Part shown: positions 20,065 to 30,291 of the stretch, in pieces | Position numbering within the stretch: the first letter of the stretch is position 1 | How the letters are laid out: each line of letters starts with the position of its first letter | NCBI GenBank assembly: GCA_023251805.1 | Contig: JAHEYB010000008.1 | Location: forward strand, 2,633 to 66,632 | Length of the DNA stretch: 64,000 nucleotides | Direction: 5' to 3' | From: Bacteroidota bacterium | GTDB lineage: Bacteria > Bacteroidota > Bacteroidia > 2-12-FULL-35-15 | Program-made: the position numbers and the translations under genes | Notes under the pieces: model-generated | Told to the model about the DNA's origin: nothing | Seen by the model: the letters and a program-made list of their open reading frames with translations, nothing else | The model's database searches: none

Positions 20065-20649
20065 ATGAATTTTCTATCTCATTTATTTTTATCGGGAGAA
20101 TCAGAAGGTTTACTCATTGGAAATTTTATTGCTGATTCCGTAAAAGGAAGCACCTTCAATCAGTTTTCTCCTGAAATTCAAAAAGGAATTTTATTGCATC
20201 GCAAAATTGACACATACACTGATAGCCATCCGATTGTTGAAATCAGCAAAGAGCGATTAAGAGGTAAATACAAGAAATATGCGAGTGTAATAATCGATAT
20301 TTATTATGACCACTATTTAGCTTCAAACTGGACCAGCTATTCTAATGAATCCTTAGATGAGTATTCCAAAAAAATCTATTTCCTCATCAATCAACACAAA
20401 CATTCATTTCCTTTAAAATCACAATTGTTTACCAAATACATGCTGGAGCATAATATTTTAATAGGCTATGCTCATTTGGAAGGAATAGAGCGCGTGTTAC
20501 AAGGAATGGCACGAAGAGCAAGCTTTGTTTCCAATATGGAATTTGCCATCCATGACTTAAGGGAGCATTATTTACTTTTTGAAAATGAATTTAAACTTTT
20601 CTTTCCCCAACTACAGCAATTTGTTAGTACACAGATTGAACTTAAATAA
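20065..20649 (+). CDS. acpH: acyl carrier protein phosphodiesterase
   Basis: N-terminus MNFLSHLFLSG....LIGNFIADSVKG is characteristic of AcpH. Confidence 0.7.
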   Translation: MNFLSHLFLSGESEGLLIGNFIADSVKGSTFNQFSPEIQKGILLHRKIDTYTDSHPIVEISKERLRGKYKKYASVIIDIYYDHYLASNWTSYSNESLDEYSKKIYFLINQHKHSFPLKSQLFTKYMLEHNILIGYAHLEGIERVLQGMARRASFVSNMEFAIHDLREHYLLFENEFKLFFPQLQQFVSTQIELK

Positions 20650-20665
20650 TATTTTTTTTCTGAAC

Positions 20666-21280
20666 TTAATTCAAGCGTATTTTTTTTTGAATTTGGATAG
20701 CACAGTAAGCAAATAGGGGTGCAGCAATTACATCTATACTAAAATGAACATGCTGCATCACCACTAAAATGCCAACCAAGTAGGCGCCAATAAAAAAGAA
20801 GCGTTTGGTTCCCTTTTTTCTAAAAGCAAAAGCAAATAAAAAAATAGTTGCCGTGTGCCCTGAAAAAAATAAATCTTTTAAATTTTCTCTTCCTGAATAA
20901 AAAGTAGATTGTAAAAAACTATCTTTTAATGGAATAATAGTGGTGGGAGCCTCTAAAGGAAAAAAATACAAACTAAGCATTCGAAGAAATGTTAGTATTG
21001 TATAAGCTTGTAAGAGGCTAATAAAAATAGGAGGTTCACGAAATGAAATAATTATTCCGTAAACAGCAAAAAAATAAGTGACAAAAAAAGTAATTTCTGA
21101 AACCGCAATGGGTTTAAATGAATTCAAAATCGGATCATCAAAAATGTATCCCACTCTACCTTCATTATAGGTAAGAAAATAAACAAAAGAAATAAGTGTA
21201 ACAGTAAGTATTGCTAAAGTTAAAAAAAACACTGTTCTTTTATTTGGTCTTGCAAAATAAAGTTGCCACGCATTTTTCAT
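20666..21280 (-). CDS. PAP2-related (sphingomyelin-synthase-like) membrane phosphatase family protein
   Basis: 204 aa polytopic protein. SGHTA and HFSIDV motifs match PAP2 C2/C3-like motifs. Confidence 0.55.
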   Translation of the reverse strand: MKNAWQLYFARPNKRTVFFLTLAILTVTLISFVYFLTYNEGRVGYIFDDPILNSFKPIAVSEITFFVTYFFAVYGIIISFREPPIFISLLQAYTILTFLRMLSLYFFPLEAPTTIIPLKDSFLQSTFYSGRENLKDLFFSGHTATIFLFAFAFRKKGTKRFFFIGAYLVGILVVMQHVHFSIDVIAAPLFAYCAIQIQKKIRLN

Positions 21281-21291
21281 TGAAGTATTGA

Positions 21292-22014
21292 TTACAAACT
21301 CATCATATCTTTTAATTTTGCTGCTTGTCTGCGTGAGATCTCCACTTGCTCTCCACCTCTCAACTTCACCATTAATCCACCATTAAACCAACTTTCAATG
21401 CTTTCCACCCATTTTAAATTAATGATGTGTTTTCTACTTGCTCTAAAAAAAGTACGATTGTTCAAGCGCTCATCTAAATTATTTAGAGAACGTAAAATCA
21501 ATGGCCTGTTTTTATCAAAATAAATTCTTACATAATTTCCTTCCGACTCAAACAAACGAACATCACTCAATTTTACAAACCAGCATTTTTCGCCATCCTT
21601 TACAAATACCTGATCATTATCATTTAGAGGAAGTGTTTGTTCTTTCAACTCTACCTTTTCATTATTTTCTTTATTCAATATTTTTTTCACCGTTTCGGCC
21701 AAACGATTCGGCTGAACAGGCTTTAGCAAATAGTCGAGCGCATTCACTTCAAAAGCGCGAATGGCATATTCGTCATAAGCAGTTACAAAAACAACCTCGG
21801 GAACACCACTGATTTCTTCCAACAATTCAAATCCATTTTTTCCTGGCATTTGAATGTCTAAAAAAATTACATCCGGTTTGAGCTGCTTAATGCTTTCAAT
21901 AGCTGTTTCAGCATTGTTTGCTTCGCCAACAATTTCAATTTCGGGATAAGCTGCTAATAAATTTTTTAACTCTTGTCGAGCCAGTCGTTCGTCATCAATT
22001 AGTATTACCTTCAT
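21292..22014 (-). CDS. LytR/AlgR family response regulator (REC + LytTR DNA-binding domain)
   Basis: MKVILIDDE ... FLDIQMPG receiver, with a C-terminal LytTR-like segment (RASRKHIINL). Confidence 0.9.
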   Translation of the reverse strand: MKVILIDDERLARQELKNLLAAYPEIEIVGEANNAETAIESIKQLKPDVIFLDIQMPGKNGFELLEEISGVPEVVFVTAYDEYAIRAFEVNALDYLLKPVQPNRLAETVKKILNKENNEKVELKEQTLPLNDNDQVFVKDGEKCWFVKLSDVRLFESEGNYVRIYFDKNRPLILRSLNNLDERLNNRTFFRASRKHIINLKWVESIESWFNGGLMVKLRGGEQVEISRRQAAKLKDMMSL

Positions 22015-23053
22015 AGGTTATAACATTTTTAGGAATAATTAATTCCGTTAACACACTCGTAGAATCTACATTTCTAATTTTTAAAGTTGCTGCATTTCCA
22101 TACAATAAACGCAAACGCTGCATCGTGTTTTTAATTCCAAATCCACTTTCGGAATCCAACTTTTCAATTAATTGCCCGCTATTTTTTATTTCAATAATTA
22201 AGGTATCGTTTTCCACTTTGGTAGAAAATTCTATAACTCCTCCTTTAATTAATTTTGAAATTCCATGCTTTATCCCATTTTCAACTAGCGTTTGAATCAT
22301 CAACGGGGGGATATTGAAATTTTTACTTTCGGGATGTATAAACACCTTAGTTTTCAAACGTTCTTCATAACGGATGGTTTCAAGCGCTAAATAATCGTTC
22401 ACAATTTTAAACTCCTCTTCAAAGGGAATTGTTTTGTTCTTTCCCATCTGTAAAGTATTACGCAAAATATTAGAAAGCTGTGTAATTGCATCTTTTGACT
22501 TATTGGGGTTTTCATCCACTAAAGCGCGAATACTGTTCATGGCATTAAACATAAAATGCGGGTTCAACTGCGACTTCAATTTATTTAGTTCAATTTCATT
22601 AATAGAAGCTTCCCATTTTAAATTCTCAATTTCGGCTTTTTTATAGTTTTCAATAAAATGAAACAAAAAATAAATCAAGGACCAAGAAAAAAAGAAAGGA
22701 ATTAAATTAACAATGTTTGTAACAACTGTGATCGTGTCCTGATGCTTATCACCTGCAATTCCTAACAGTAGTTCTATTCCATATTGAGTATAGTCTCCTA
22801 TAATGGCCAACAATACAGAAGCGATAATAACTCGCGGAATAAGTAAAATTATTTTGATTTTTAGCCATCCATACTTCACAATAAAATTTCGGTAGAGGTG
22901 AGACAAAACAATTCCAAAAAACAAAAGCAAAAACTGACTGGTTGCTGTTTCAATAGTTAAAGCATCGCTAAGTTTTAAATACAAACTTTGAGCTAACGCT
23001 AAAAATAGCCAACCACCAATCTGACAAAACCAATAAAGTGTTTTTTTGCTCAT
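21995..23053 (-). CDS. sensor histidine kinase (LytS/His_kinase PF06580 type)
   Basis: Multi-TM N-terminus, H-box NPHFMFNAMN, and an HATPase region. Overlaps the regulator gene by 20 nt. Confidence 0.85.
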   Translation of the reverse strand: MSKKTLYWFCQIGGWLFLALAQSLYLKLSDALTIETATSQFLLLFFGIVLSHLYRNFIVKYGWLKIKIILLIPRVIIASVLLAIIGDYTQYGIELLLGIAGDKHQDTITVVTNIVNLIPFFFSWSLIYFLFHFIENYKKAEIENLKWEASINEIELNKLKSQLNPHFMFNAMNSIRALVDENPNKSKDAITQLSNILRNTLQMGKNKTIPFEEEFKIVNDYLALETIRYEERLKTKVFIHPESKNFNIPPLMIQTLVENGIKHGISKLIKGGVIEFSTKVENDTLIIEIKNSGQLIEKLDSESGFGIKNTMQRLRLLYGNAATLKIRNVDSTSVLTELIIPKNVITYEGNTN

Positions 23054-23062
23054 TCGTTTATT

Positions 23063-24910
23063 TTAATGTTTCCCTATCCAATCGGCACGAAGCTTCAATT
23101 GTTCATCTGTTGCGTTGGGTAATAATATCAAGCTTTTACTTGGAGGTGACAAAACAGGAAATAATTTTGATTTTAATTTTACTTTTTTAGCTTTAGCTGT
23201 TTCCGATTTTTTTCTTCGAACCACAACTACCAAATCATCTCCTTCTTTCGCAGTTTTGGAATAGCCGCCTATTACTTCTTGAGCATTTTGAAGAGTAATT
23301 GTTTTCCCATTAAATTTTATCAATTCATCGTTCTCACGATAACCCATCGCTTTCCCAAAATCATCCATAGAAGGAGTATTCAATAGTATCAATCGGTTAG
23401 TAGCTGTATTAACTCCTATTGAAATTCCCCCAATCGAAATGTGCTTGTTTGCATCAGAAGCACCATAACCTACTCCGACCAATTGTAGCATATCGTTCAC
23501 CGGTAAAGGTTTATTTCCTTCCACAAAATTTTGAAAAAATATTCCTATTTCCGGGTATGTCAATTTCACAATTTGATCAAATAATTCTTCATCTTTAAAT
23601 GATTTATTTTTTCCATACGTTTTAGATAAATCAAACATTAGTTCTTGCAATCCATATTTTCCTTTAGATAAATACCTCAATTGAATATCTAAACACAACC
23701 CAATAAGGGCGCCTTTTTGATAAACGTTTGAATATTGGTCCTTGTATTTTTTTAAACAGCCTTCACTCATCACAGTAAATGGAACAGAATCATTGTAATT
23801 TTTGCTTCCTGCAATTTTAGTTTCAATCACATTTAAATAATCTGGAAGAGACATCTTTCCATATTTAATTTGTACCAATCCTGCTGCATATTCTGTTGTA
23901 CCTTCATAAAGCCAGAGATGCTTCGACATTTTAGGGTCGTTGTAATTAAAGTCGCCAATTTGTTCTGAATGAATGTTTAAAGGTGTTACAATGTGAAAAA
24001 ATTCATGTGCAGAAACATCTCGTAAAGTTTGAGCCAAATATTTTTGATCCATTTCTGGTAAAAAATACATTGAAGAATAGCTATGCTCCAAAGCGCCACT
24101 CGTGCCTGATATTCCGCCATTTGGAGTTAAATAAATCAAATAGGCATATTTTTTTATTGGCAATGAGCCACCCAAATACTCTTGTTGAGCAAATAAAATT
24201 TCTGTAATATATTCAGCAAGAAATTTGGAGCTCGTAATTTTATTTTGAGTGTACAAGGAAACTAAAATTTTCGTATTACCAATTGTTAAAACAGTGGTAT
24301 CAGGAACATTGTACATCATTGGAGCATCTTGCAACTGCATATAATCGTCCACTTTATAAGTATCCATGTTTTCTTTTGTAATTACATCTGTTAAACCGCA
24401 AGCACCAAAAAAATTTTGAGGGCGAGTAATATTAAGTTGATACGGCAAATGTTTCATCCCTTCAAAATAACCATACAAACAATGTGCATTTAAAACAAAG
24501 TTTTTTCCCTCTTCAAAATTACTACCTGCGGGTTCAAAAACATAAGGTTCCTTTATTTCCGTATCCCATGAGTCTTCTACATCATATGAAAGTTTTGTCA
24601 TTTTTTTTGCCTGAACAATTTTCCAACTATTCACATCCAATTGCTCCACCTGTAATTCTTTTCCAATACTATCAAATGCTTTAAAGTTTGAAATAAATCG
24701 TCCAAAGTTTAAAATCTCATACGTGCCGGGAACTATTTTAGGAAGTCGGTATACCGCTTCTTCTAGATTAATTTCCGGACATACTAATTCAACCTGCAGT
24801 TTATCATTACTGCATTTTGTTAAATCAATCGAAAATTCATACCTGTTTTCGGATGTAACAGAAAGAGTAAAAACAAAAAGAAATAAAAGAGAAAAAGAAA
24901 AGCGCTTCAT
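23063..24910 (-). CDS. M61 family glycyl aminopeptidase-like metallopeptidase with C-terminal PDZ domain
   Basis: 615 aa with signal peptide. HEFFH zinc motif and a PDZ-like C-terminal region. Confidence 0.75.
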   Translation of the reverse strand: MKRFSFSLLFLFVFTLSVTSENRYEFSIDLTKCSNDKLQVELVCPEINLEEAVYRLPKIVPGTYEILNFGRFISNFKAFDSIGKELQVEQLDVNSWKIVQAKKMTKLSYDVEDSWDTEIKEPYVFEPAGSNFEEGKNFVLNAHCLYGYFEGMKHLPYQLNITRPQNFFGACGLTDVITKENMDTYKVDDYMQLQDAPMMYNVPDTTVLTIGNTKILVSLYTQNKITSSKFLAEYITEILFAQQEYLGGSLPIKKYAYLIYLTPNGGISGTSGALEHSYSSMYFLPEMDQKYLAQTLRDVSAHEFFHIVTPLNIHSEQIGDFNYNDPKMSKHLWLYEGTTEYAAGLVQIKYGKMSLPDYLNVIETKIAGSKNYNDSVPFTVMSEGCLKKYKDQYSNVYQKGALIGLCLDIQLRYLSKGKYGLQELMFDLSKTYGKNKSFKDEELFDQIVKLTYPEIGIFFQNFVEGNKPLPVNDMLQLVGVGYGASDANKHISIGGISIGVNTATNRLILLNTPSMDDFGKAMGYRENDELIKFNGKTITLQNAQEVIGGYSKTAKEGDDLVVVVRRKKSETAKAKKVKLKSKLFPVLSPPSKSLILLPNATDEQLKLRADWIGKH

Positions 24911-24943
24911 TCTATTAGTTTATAATAAAGATAGAAAAATAAT

Positions 24944-24978
24944 AAGGGAATGGCTGCTACGATACCATTCCCTTTTTT
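24944..24978 (-). terminator. hairpin terminator between the cyclophilin and M61 genes
   Basis: aagggaatgg ... ccattccctt 10-bp stem flanked by A and T runs. Confidence 0.5.
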
Positions 24979-25097
24979 GAAAAATCCTAACACTAAAAAG
25001 AGTTTTGGAATTATTCCTTACAAATTTACGTTGGAAATATCCATTTGTTTGAATTACTACACGAATGGTAAAATTCAATTTCTAACGGAAATTCGCA

Positions 25098-25535
25098 TTA
25101 ATTTTCATGTACTACAATCTTTTCAATAACATCACCACCACGAATTTGTTCAATAACATCCAAACCTTCCACTACTTTTCCAAAACATGTATGTTTTCTA
25201 TCTAAATGAGCGGTTTGTGCTCTGCTGATTACAATAAAAAACTGTGAACCGCCCGTATCTCTTCCAGCATGGGCCATTGATAATACTCCCTTATCATGAA
25301 ATTGATTATCGCCATCTAATTCACATTTAATGTTGTAACCCGGACCACCAACTCCTGTTCCTTTTGGGCATCCTCCTTGGATTACAAATCCCGGAATCAC
25401 TCTATGAAAAGTTAATCCATCATAAAATCCTTTTTTTGCTAAATCGCAAAAGTTTTTTACTGTCCCCGGTGCATCTTTTTCGTAAAATTCCACTTTCATC
25501 GTACCTTTTGCCGTAACTATTTCTGCTGTTTTCAT
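25098..25535 (-). CDS. peptidylprolyl isomerase (cyclophilin type)
   Basis: [13 protein letters not shown] ... GGSQFFI are cyclophilin signatures. Confidence 0.9.
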   Translation of the reverse strand: MKTAEIVTAKGTMKVEFYEKDAPGTVKNFCDLAKKGFYDGLTFHRVIPGFVIQGGCPKGTGVGGPGYNIKCELDGDNQFHDKGVLSMAHAGRDTGGSQFFIVISRAQTAHLDRKHTCFGKVVEGLDVIEQIRGGDVIEKIVVHEN

Positions 25536-25636
25536 AGTATAAAATTTTCTTTGTTAATTTATGTACAAATATAACATTAAGATTAGTTGGAATCAATTAA
25601 ATAAAAAAATCTGTTCTTTATTAAGAAATAGTAAAT

Positions 25637-25644
25637 TACATTTG
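25637..25644 (+). promoter_or_regulatory. candidate Bacteroidota sigma-A -7 box (TACATTTG) for the cytochrome c peroxidase gene
   Basis: Matches TAnnTTTG, 14 nt upstream of the ATG at 25659. Confidence 0.4.
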
Positions 25645-25658
25645 CCAAAATTTATTTT

Positions 25659-26621
25659 ATGAAAGCTCACGTAGCGCTTGTTTTCATTTTATTAAGCATC
25701 GTTATTTATGCCTGTGGCTCTGGTGAATCCCTGCCAACAATAGCAGAACCAACTACTAAAGAAGAGTTGGGAAAATTACTTTTCTTAGACCCAATTCTTT
25801 CTCAAAATAATCAAATCAGTTGTGCTTCTTGTCATATTCCAAATTATGCTTTTGCTGACACATCTGCCTTAAGTAAAGGTGTTGAAGGAAAATTAGGAAC
25901 CCGAAACACTCCCAGCGCAATGAATTTAAGTTCAAGAAATCATTTCTTTTACGATGGAAGGGCTGCTTCTTTGGAAGAACAGGCGGCTGGACCAATTGAA
26001 AATTCCACTGAAATGAATTTGCCGATTGCTGAGGCAATAAAAAAACTAAATGCAGGCAAAAATTACAAAGCTTATTTTAGAAAAATATACAATGACTTAC
26101 CCAATAGAAACAATTTGTTGAATGCAATCGCAGCTTTTGAACGAACCTTAGAAACAAGTGATACTCCTTTTGACAGATTTATGAAAGAGGATGAAAATGC
26201 TATGAGTGATGCAGCAAAACGGGGACAAAAAATATTTAATGTAAAAGGCAAATGTTTTGATTGCCATTTTGGTCCCGATTTTACTGGGGATCAGTTTAGA
26301 AACATTGGTTTGTATAATGGAAAAGAATTGAATGATAAAGGAAGGTTTGATTTTACAAAAGACAGTACAGACATAGGAAAATTTAAAGTTCCTGGCTTAA
26401 GAAATATTGCAGTAACCGCTCCATATATGCACAACGGAATATTTAAAACACTTGCCGAAGTAATTGATTACTATGACAACCCAACTGCATTTGTAAAAGG
26501 AAGTATCAACTCCGACTCCCTTTTATTAAAACCCTTAGGATTATCTTCATCAGAAAAATCAGACCTTCTTAAATTTCTAGAGTCTTTGACAGATGACCGT
26601 TTCACAGGATTGTCAAAATAG
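25659..26621 (+). CDS. di-haem cytochrome c peroxidase (CCP/MauG family) lipoprotein
   Basis: Two CxxCH motifs (CASCH, CFDCH). Lipobox IYAC. Confidence 0.85.
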   Translation: MKAHVALVFILLSIVIYACGSGESLPTIAEPTTKEELGKLLFLDPILSQNNQISCASCHIPNYAFADTSALSKGVEGKLGTRNTPSAMNLSSRNHFFYDGRAASLEEQAAGPIENSTEMNLPIAEAIKKLNAGKNYKAYFRKIYNDLPNRNNLLNAIAAFERTLETSDTPFDRFMKEDENAMSDAAKRGQKIFNVKGKCFDCHFGPDFTGDQFRNIGLYNGKELNDKGRFDFTKDSTDIGKFKVPGLRNIAVTAPYMHNGIFKTLAEVIDYYDNPTAFVKGSINSDSLLLKPLGLSSSEKSDLLKFLESLTDDRFTGLSK

Positions 26622-26819
26622 TAAACATCTATTTGTGAATAAAATAAATTGCTTAACATTAATTAACACTTGCATAATTCAAAAAAATGCACATATTTGT
26701 AAATCCTTAAAAACAAAATGGATACTGATTTACTAATGACACTTCGAATGTGATTCTTATTTTTATATAATAAAAATTACACACTCATATTGAGTTTCGC
26801 AAGTAGTAATTTTTATAAT

Positions 26820-27707
26820 ATGAAACGACTTCTCTTATTACTTTTTATATTCTCTATTCACGTTTCTTTTGCAACACTTAGTTCGCAAACTGCCAACAAT
26901 GCCATTCCGAAAGATACTGTACCCTTTGGCATCGAGGAAGAAGAAATGATGGACTATAACGATTCGCTTATTTCATTTCCTGCATTCGATTTATATTGTG
27001 GCTGGGATACAACAAATATTCATTCGGTAAAAGCAGACCTTAAATCATTGAATGATACTATTAGAGAATTTTCTCTTTTTGAATCTTACGAATGTGGCTA
27101 TGCTCATCCCTTTTCAGGAAAAGTGACTTCCACTTTTGGTCCTAGAAAAAAGCGATACCATTATGGCGTGGATATAGATTTAGAAACAGGCGATGGAGTA
27201 AGTGCCGCTTTTGATGGGAAAATACGAATTGCCAGAAAAAGCAAAAGTTACGGAAACGTAATTGTGATTCGTCATGCCAATGGATTAGAAACTTACTATG
27301 CACATTTGTCAAAAATAAATGTGGTAGTTGGTCAAGAAGTTTTTGCAGGAGATATTATTGGATTAGGAGGAAATACTGGTCGTTCAAGGGGAAGCCATTT
27401 GCATTTCGAAATTCGATATTTAGGTCATCCTATAAATCCTACTGAAGTAATTTCTTTTGATGATCAAAAGTTAGTTTCCAATACGTTGTGTATCGACAAA
27501 TGTACTTTTGACTATGTAACAGCTGCAAAAAAAGCAGCTGTTAAAACGTATGCCAACTCAAAAGGAAAAAAGATTTATGTTGTAAAAAAAGGAGATACGT
27601 TGTCGGGAATTGCTAAAAAGAATGGGACAACCACAAAAGTTCTTTGTCAGAAAAATGGTATAAAAGCAAATAGCACTTTAAAGCTGGGGCAAAAAATCAG
27701 ATTGTAA
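26820..27707 (+). CDS. M23 family metallopeptidase with C-terminal LysM domain
   Basis: Start moved to MKRLLLLLFIF. HYGVDID and SHLHFE are the M23 motifs. The C-terminal YVVKKGDTLSGIAKK...LKLGQKI is a LysM. Confidence 0.85.
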   Translation: MKRLLLLLFIFSIHVSFATLSSQTANNAIPKDTVPFGIEEEEMMDYNDSLISFPAFDLYCGWDTTNIHSVKADLKSLNDTIREFSLFESYECGYAHPFSGKVTSTFGPRKKRYHYGVDIDLETGDGVSAAFDGKIRIARKSKSYGNVIVIRHANGLETYYAHLSKINVVVGQEVFAGDIIGLGGNTGRSRGSHLHFEIRYLGHPINPTEVISFDDQKLVSNTLCIDKCTFDYVTAAKKAAVKTYANSKGKKIYVVKKGDTLSGIAKKNGTTTKVLCQKNGIKANSTLKLGQKIRL

Positions 27708-27710
27708 TTT

Positions 27711-29834
27711 TTAATACCCTGCCTCTTTCCATATATAATTTCTTGTTGAAGTATTGTAGTAAGAAATTTTTGAGTTTTTTTCAAATTTTAAAACACTTCC
27801 CTGTTCTTTACTGATAGCATCAACTTCACAAGGAACAATTAATTTGCCTGACAAATCCACAAAGCCCATTTTATTGTCTAACATTACCACCCCAATTCCA
27901 TTATTGAAATGACTAGCATCGTCAGGCTCATCGAATAAAAAATCAATCATTACTTTTCCACTTTTATTGATATAACCAATTTTTGAATTTTTTGAAACGG
28001 ATGCAATACAATCTTCAAATTGTTTTACCGACTGATATATCATTGGAACCTGCAATTTCATTTTTTCATCCATAAAGCCCCACTTCTCTTTTTTCATTAC
28101 TGGGGCCAACCCTTCAGTAAATGGTTCTATTCTATCAAAATCTTTTGCTGTAAAATATTTCCCTGATTTATCTATCAAACCTTGTTTTCCATTTTTTTCT
28201 GCTACAGCAAATCCATTTTTAAACTCAAGTGGCAACCAAAAATTTCCGCTATAATCAAATTCAATTGGTATAATTATTTTTCCACTCTTGTTTGCAAAAC
28301 CATATTTTTGATCTTTCATCACCATCACCACATCTTCTTTAAAATCTCCAATCAAATCATATTCACACGTCAAAACAAATTCACCCTTTTGATTAATGAG
28401 ACCCAACTTCTTTAGCGACTTCACTTTCGCAAGTCCATTTCTAAAATTATCGACCCAATCAAACTTAAATCCAATTACCACTTCTCCCGATTTATTTATG
28501 TATCCACTTTGTCCACCCAACTCCACAGCTGCCAATCCTTCATTAAAATCAAATGCTTTTGAATAATTTATAGGAATTACTATTGCACCTTGCTCATTTA
28601 TATAACCAAATTTATCCCCAACAGAAACTGAAGCCAAACCTTCTGAAAATTCAGCAATCTCATCGTAAGTACATGGTAAAATCCGTTTTCCCAATTTATT
28701 TACTAAACCATATTTTTCATTTATTTTTACAACTGAAAATCCATTGTTAAATGCCTCTACTTGTTCGTATACAAAAGGAATAATTAATTTTCCTGATTTA
28801 TTAATAAATCCTGATTTATTATTTAAACCACATTCTGCTAAGCCTTCCGAAAAATGTTCCACCCATTCATAAATACATGGAATAACAGAATATCCGGAAC
28901 TATCTACAAAACCCCATTTTCCATTTTCACGAATCGGAAAAAGAGTTTTGTTACACAATTCAATATCTTCTTTGAGAATATCTTTAAAAGGGAAATCAGG
29001 AAATTCGGATTTAAAATCGAGGAGCGATTCTAAATCAAAAGCTGCTGTATACATGGAGTATAAAGTAAGCCAAGCATATTCCACATTCGGGTTATCAGGA
29101 TATTTTTTTGTAAAATGGTGGTATTCTTCAATTGTCCCGTTTTGCGTAGCTAATGAATAAATTTTGTTTTTTGCTTCATCAGCAAAGGGACTGTTGGGAT
29201 CTTGAATAAGAAATTGCTCAAACTCTTCTATTGTATTATTTTTTGTTAGCGATTTAAACTTTGTAAGATGAAATCTTTCTGTTGCTTCCTTTACTTCATT
29301 CGCAAGAGGATACATTTCAACAAAACTTTCATAGGACTGATATATGTCAAGTGTTTTTGCTTCATTAAATGCCAAATTATTTCTTAGAGAAATTGCATCA
29401 AAACATTCGGGTGCAGTTACATAAATTGAAATAAATTTATCAAACGCCAAGATTGTATTTTGACTTTTGTAAAATTCAAATGCTTTCAGATGAATTTTAT
29501 TTTTCAAAGAATCAATTGATGCAAAGGTTAAACCATAAAGCAAATAATCAGTTTTATTTTTTTCGGAAAGTGTTTGAAACTTTTTTTCGCATAAAATAAT
29601 ATAATGGTAAGCGCTATCAATATTTGAAAACGGATTATCATTTCTAAAATAAATAATACTTAATCCGAAAGCAGCAGGAGATGTTTCTTTTTTTAGCGAT
29701 TTTTCAAATAATTTTTTCGCTTCAAAATAGTTGTACACTTTTAACGCTTCGTAAGCTTTGGGCAATTTACCTCCAACACTACTCTTCGAAAAGCATAACA
29801 ATATTAGTATTGCAACTATTTTAAGCCTGTTCAT
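27711..29834 (-). CDS. WG (KWG) repeat-containing protein with helical N-terminal region
   Basis: 707 aa with signal peptide. 11 recognisable K[WYF]G[FYL][IV][DN].[SK]G repeats. Confidence 0.8.
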   Translation of the reverse strand: MNRLKIVAILILLCFSKSSVGGKLPKAYEALKVYNYFEAKKLFEKSLKKETSPAAFGLSIIYFRNDNPFSNIDSAYHYIILCEKKFQTLSEKNKTDYLLYGLTFASIDSLKNKIHLKAFEFYKSQNTILAFDKFISIYVTAPECFDAISLRNNLAFNEAKTLDIYQSYESFVEMYPLANEVKEATERFHLTKFKSLTKNNTIEEFEQFLIQDPNSPFADEAKNKIYSLATQNGTIEEYHHFTKKYPDNPNVEYAWLTLYSMYTAAFDLESLLDFKSEFPDFPFKDILKEDIELCNKTLFPIRENGKWGFVDSSGYSVIPCIYEWVEHFSEGLAECGLNNKSGFINKSGKLIIPFVYEQVEAFNNGFSVVKINEKYGLVNKLGKRILPCTYDEIAEFSEGLASVSVGDKFGYINEQGAIVIPINYSKAFDFNEGLAAVELGGQSGYINKSGEVVIGFKFDWVDNFRNGLAKVKSLKKLGLINQKGEFVLTCEYDLIGDFKEDVVMVMKDQKYGFANKSGKIIIPIEFDYSGNFWLPLEFKNGFAVAEKNGKQGLIDKSGKYFTAKDFDRIEPFTEGLAPVMKKEKWGFMDEKMKLQVPMIYQSVKQFEDCIASVSKNSKIGYINKSGKVMIDFLFDEPDDASHFNNGIGVVMLDNKMGFVDLSGKLIVPCEVDAISKEQGSVLKFEKNSKISYYNTSTRNYIWKEAGY

Positions 29835-29921
29835 CCGTTTGAAACAATTTTTCGTAAAATTAATCGAAATAACACAATTAATAATTTTTTATTTTTTCAG
29901 TTATCAAGCCATTTTATGTAG

Positions 29922-29929
29922 TAATTTTG
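29922..29929 (+). promoter_or_regulatory. candidate -7 box (TAATTTTG) for the small membrane protein gene
   Basis: Matches TAnnTTTG, 19 nt upstream of the ATG at 29949. Confidence 0.4.
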
Positions 29930-29948
29930 TAGCTAGAAAAATAAAAAT

Positions 29949-30146
29949 ATGTTTTCAGGCGGTCAGTTAATTTTTGCTTTGATTTTTTTTCTAGCTTTTC
30001 TTATAGGAATAATATGGGCATACAAAAAAGACAAAGGCAACAACAAAGTATTATTTAAAGGAAGCTATAAAGTATTGCTATTTGCACTTTTTGTATTTTT
30101 TGCCTTATACGGAATTGTTAAGCTGAAACATTTAATGATGCCTTAA
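29949..30146 (+). CDS. small two-helix membrane protein, hypothetical
   Basis: 65 aa with two hydrophobic helices separated by a K-rich loop. Consensus -7 box upstream. Confidence 0.45.
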   Translation: MFSGGQLIFALIFFLAFLIGIIWAYKKDKGNNKVLFKGSYKVLLFALFVFFALYGIVKLKHLMMP

Positions 30147-30254
30147 TAATGCGCTAAGTATCAATTTATTGATTATCAATAAGTTATAAATTAAAAATGA
30201 TTCTTTTCCTAATTTTTTTCAAAAAAAAATAGGTTCTATTTTCGATAAATTGTA

Positions 30255-30262
30255 TATATTTG
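30255..30262 (+). promoter_or_regulatory. candidate -7 box (TATATTTG)
   Basis: Matches TAnnTTTG and lies inside the track's 5' extension. This supports the ATG at 30292 as the real start. Confidence 0.4.
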
Positions 30263-30291
30263 TAGACGAATTGACAACAGTTAAACATAAA

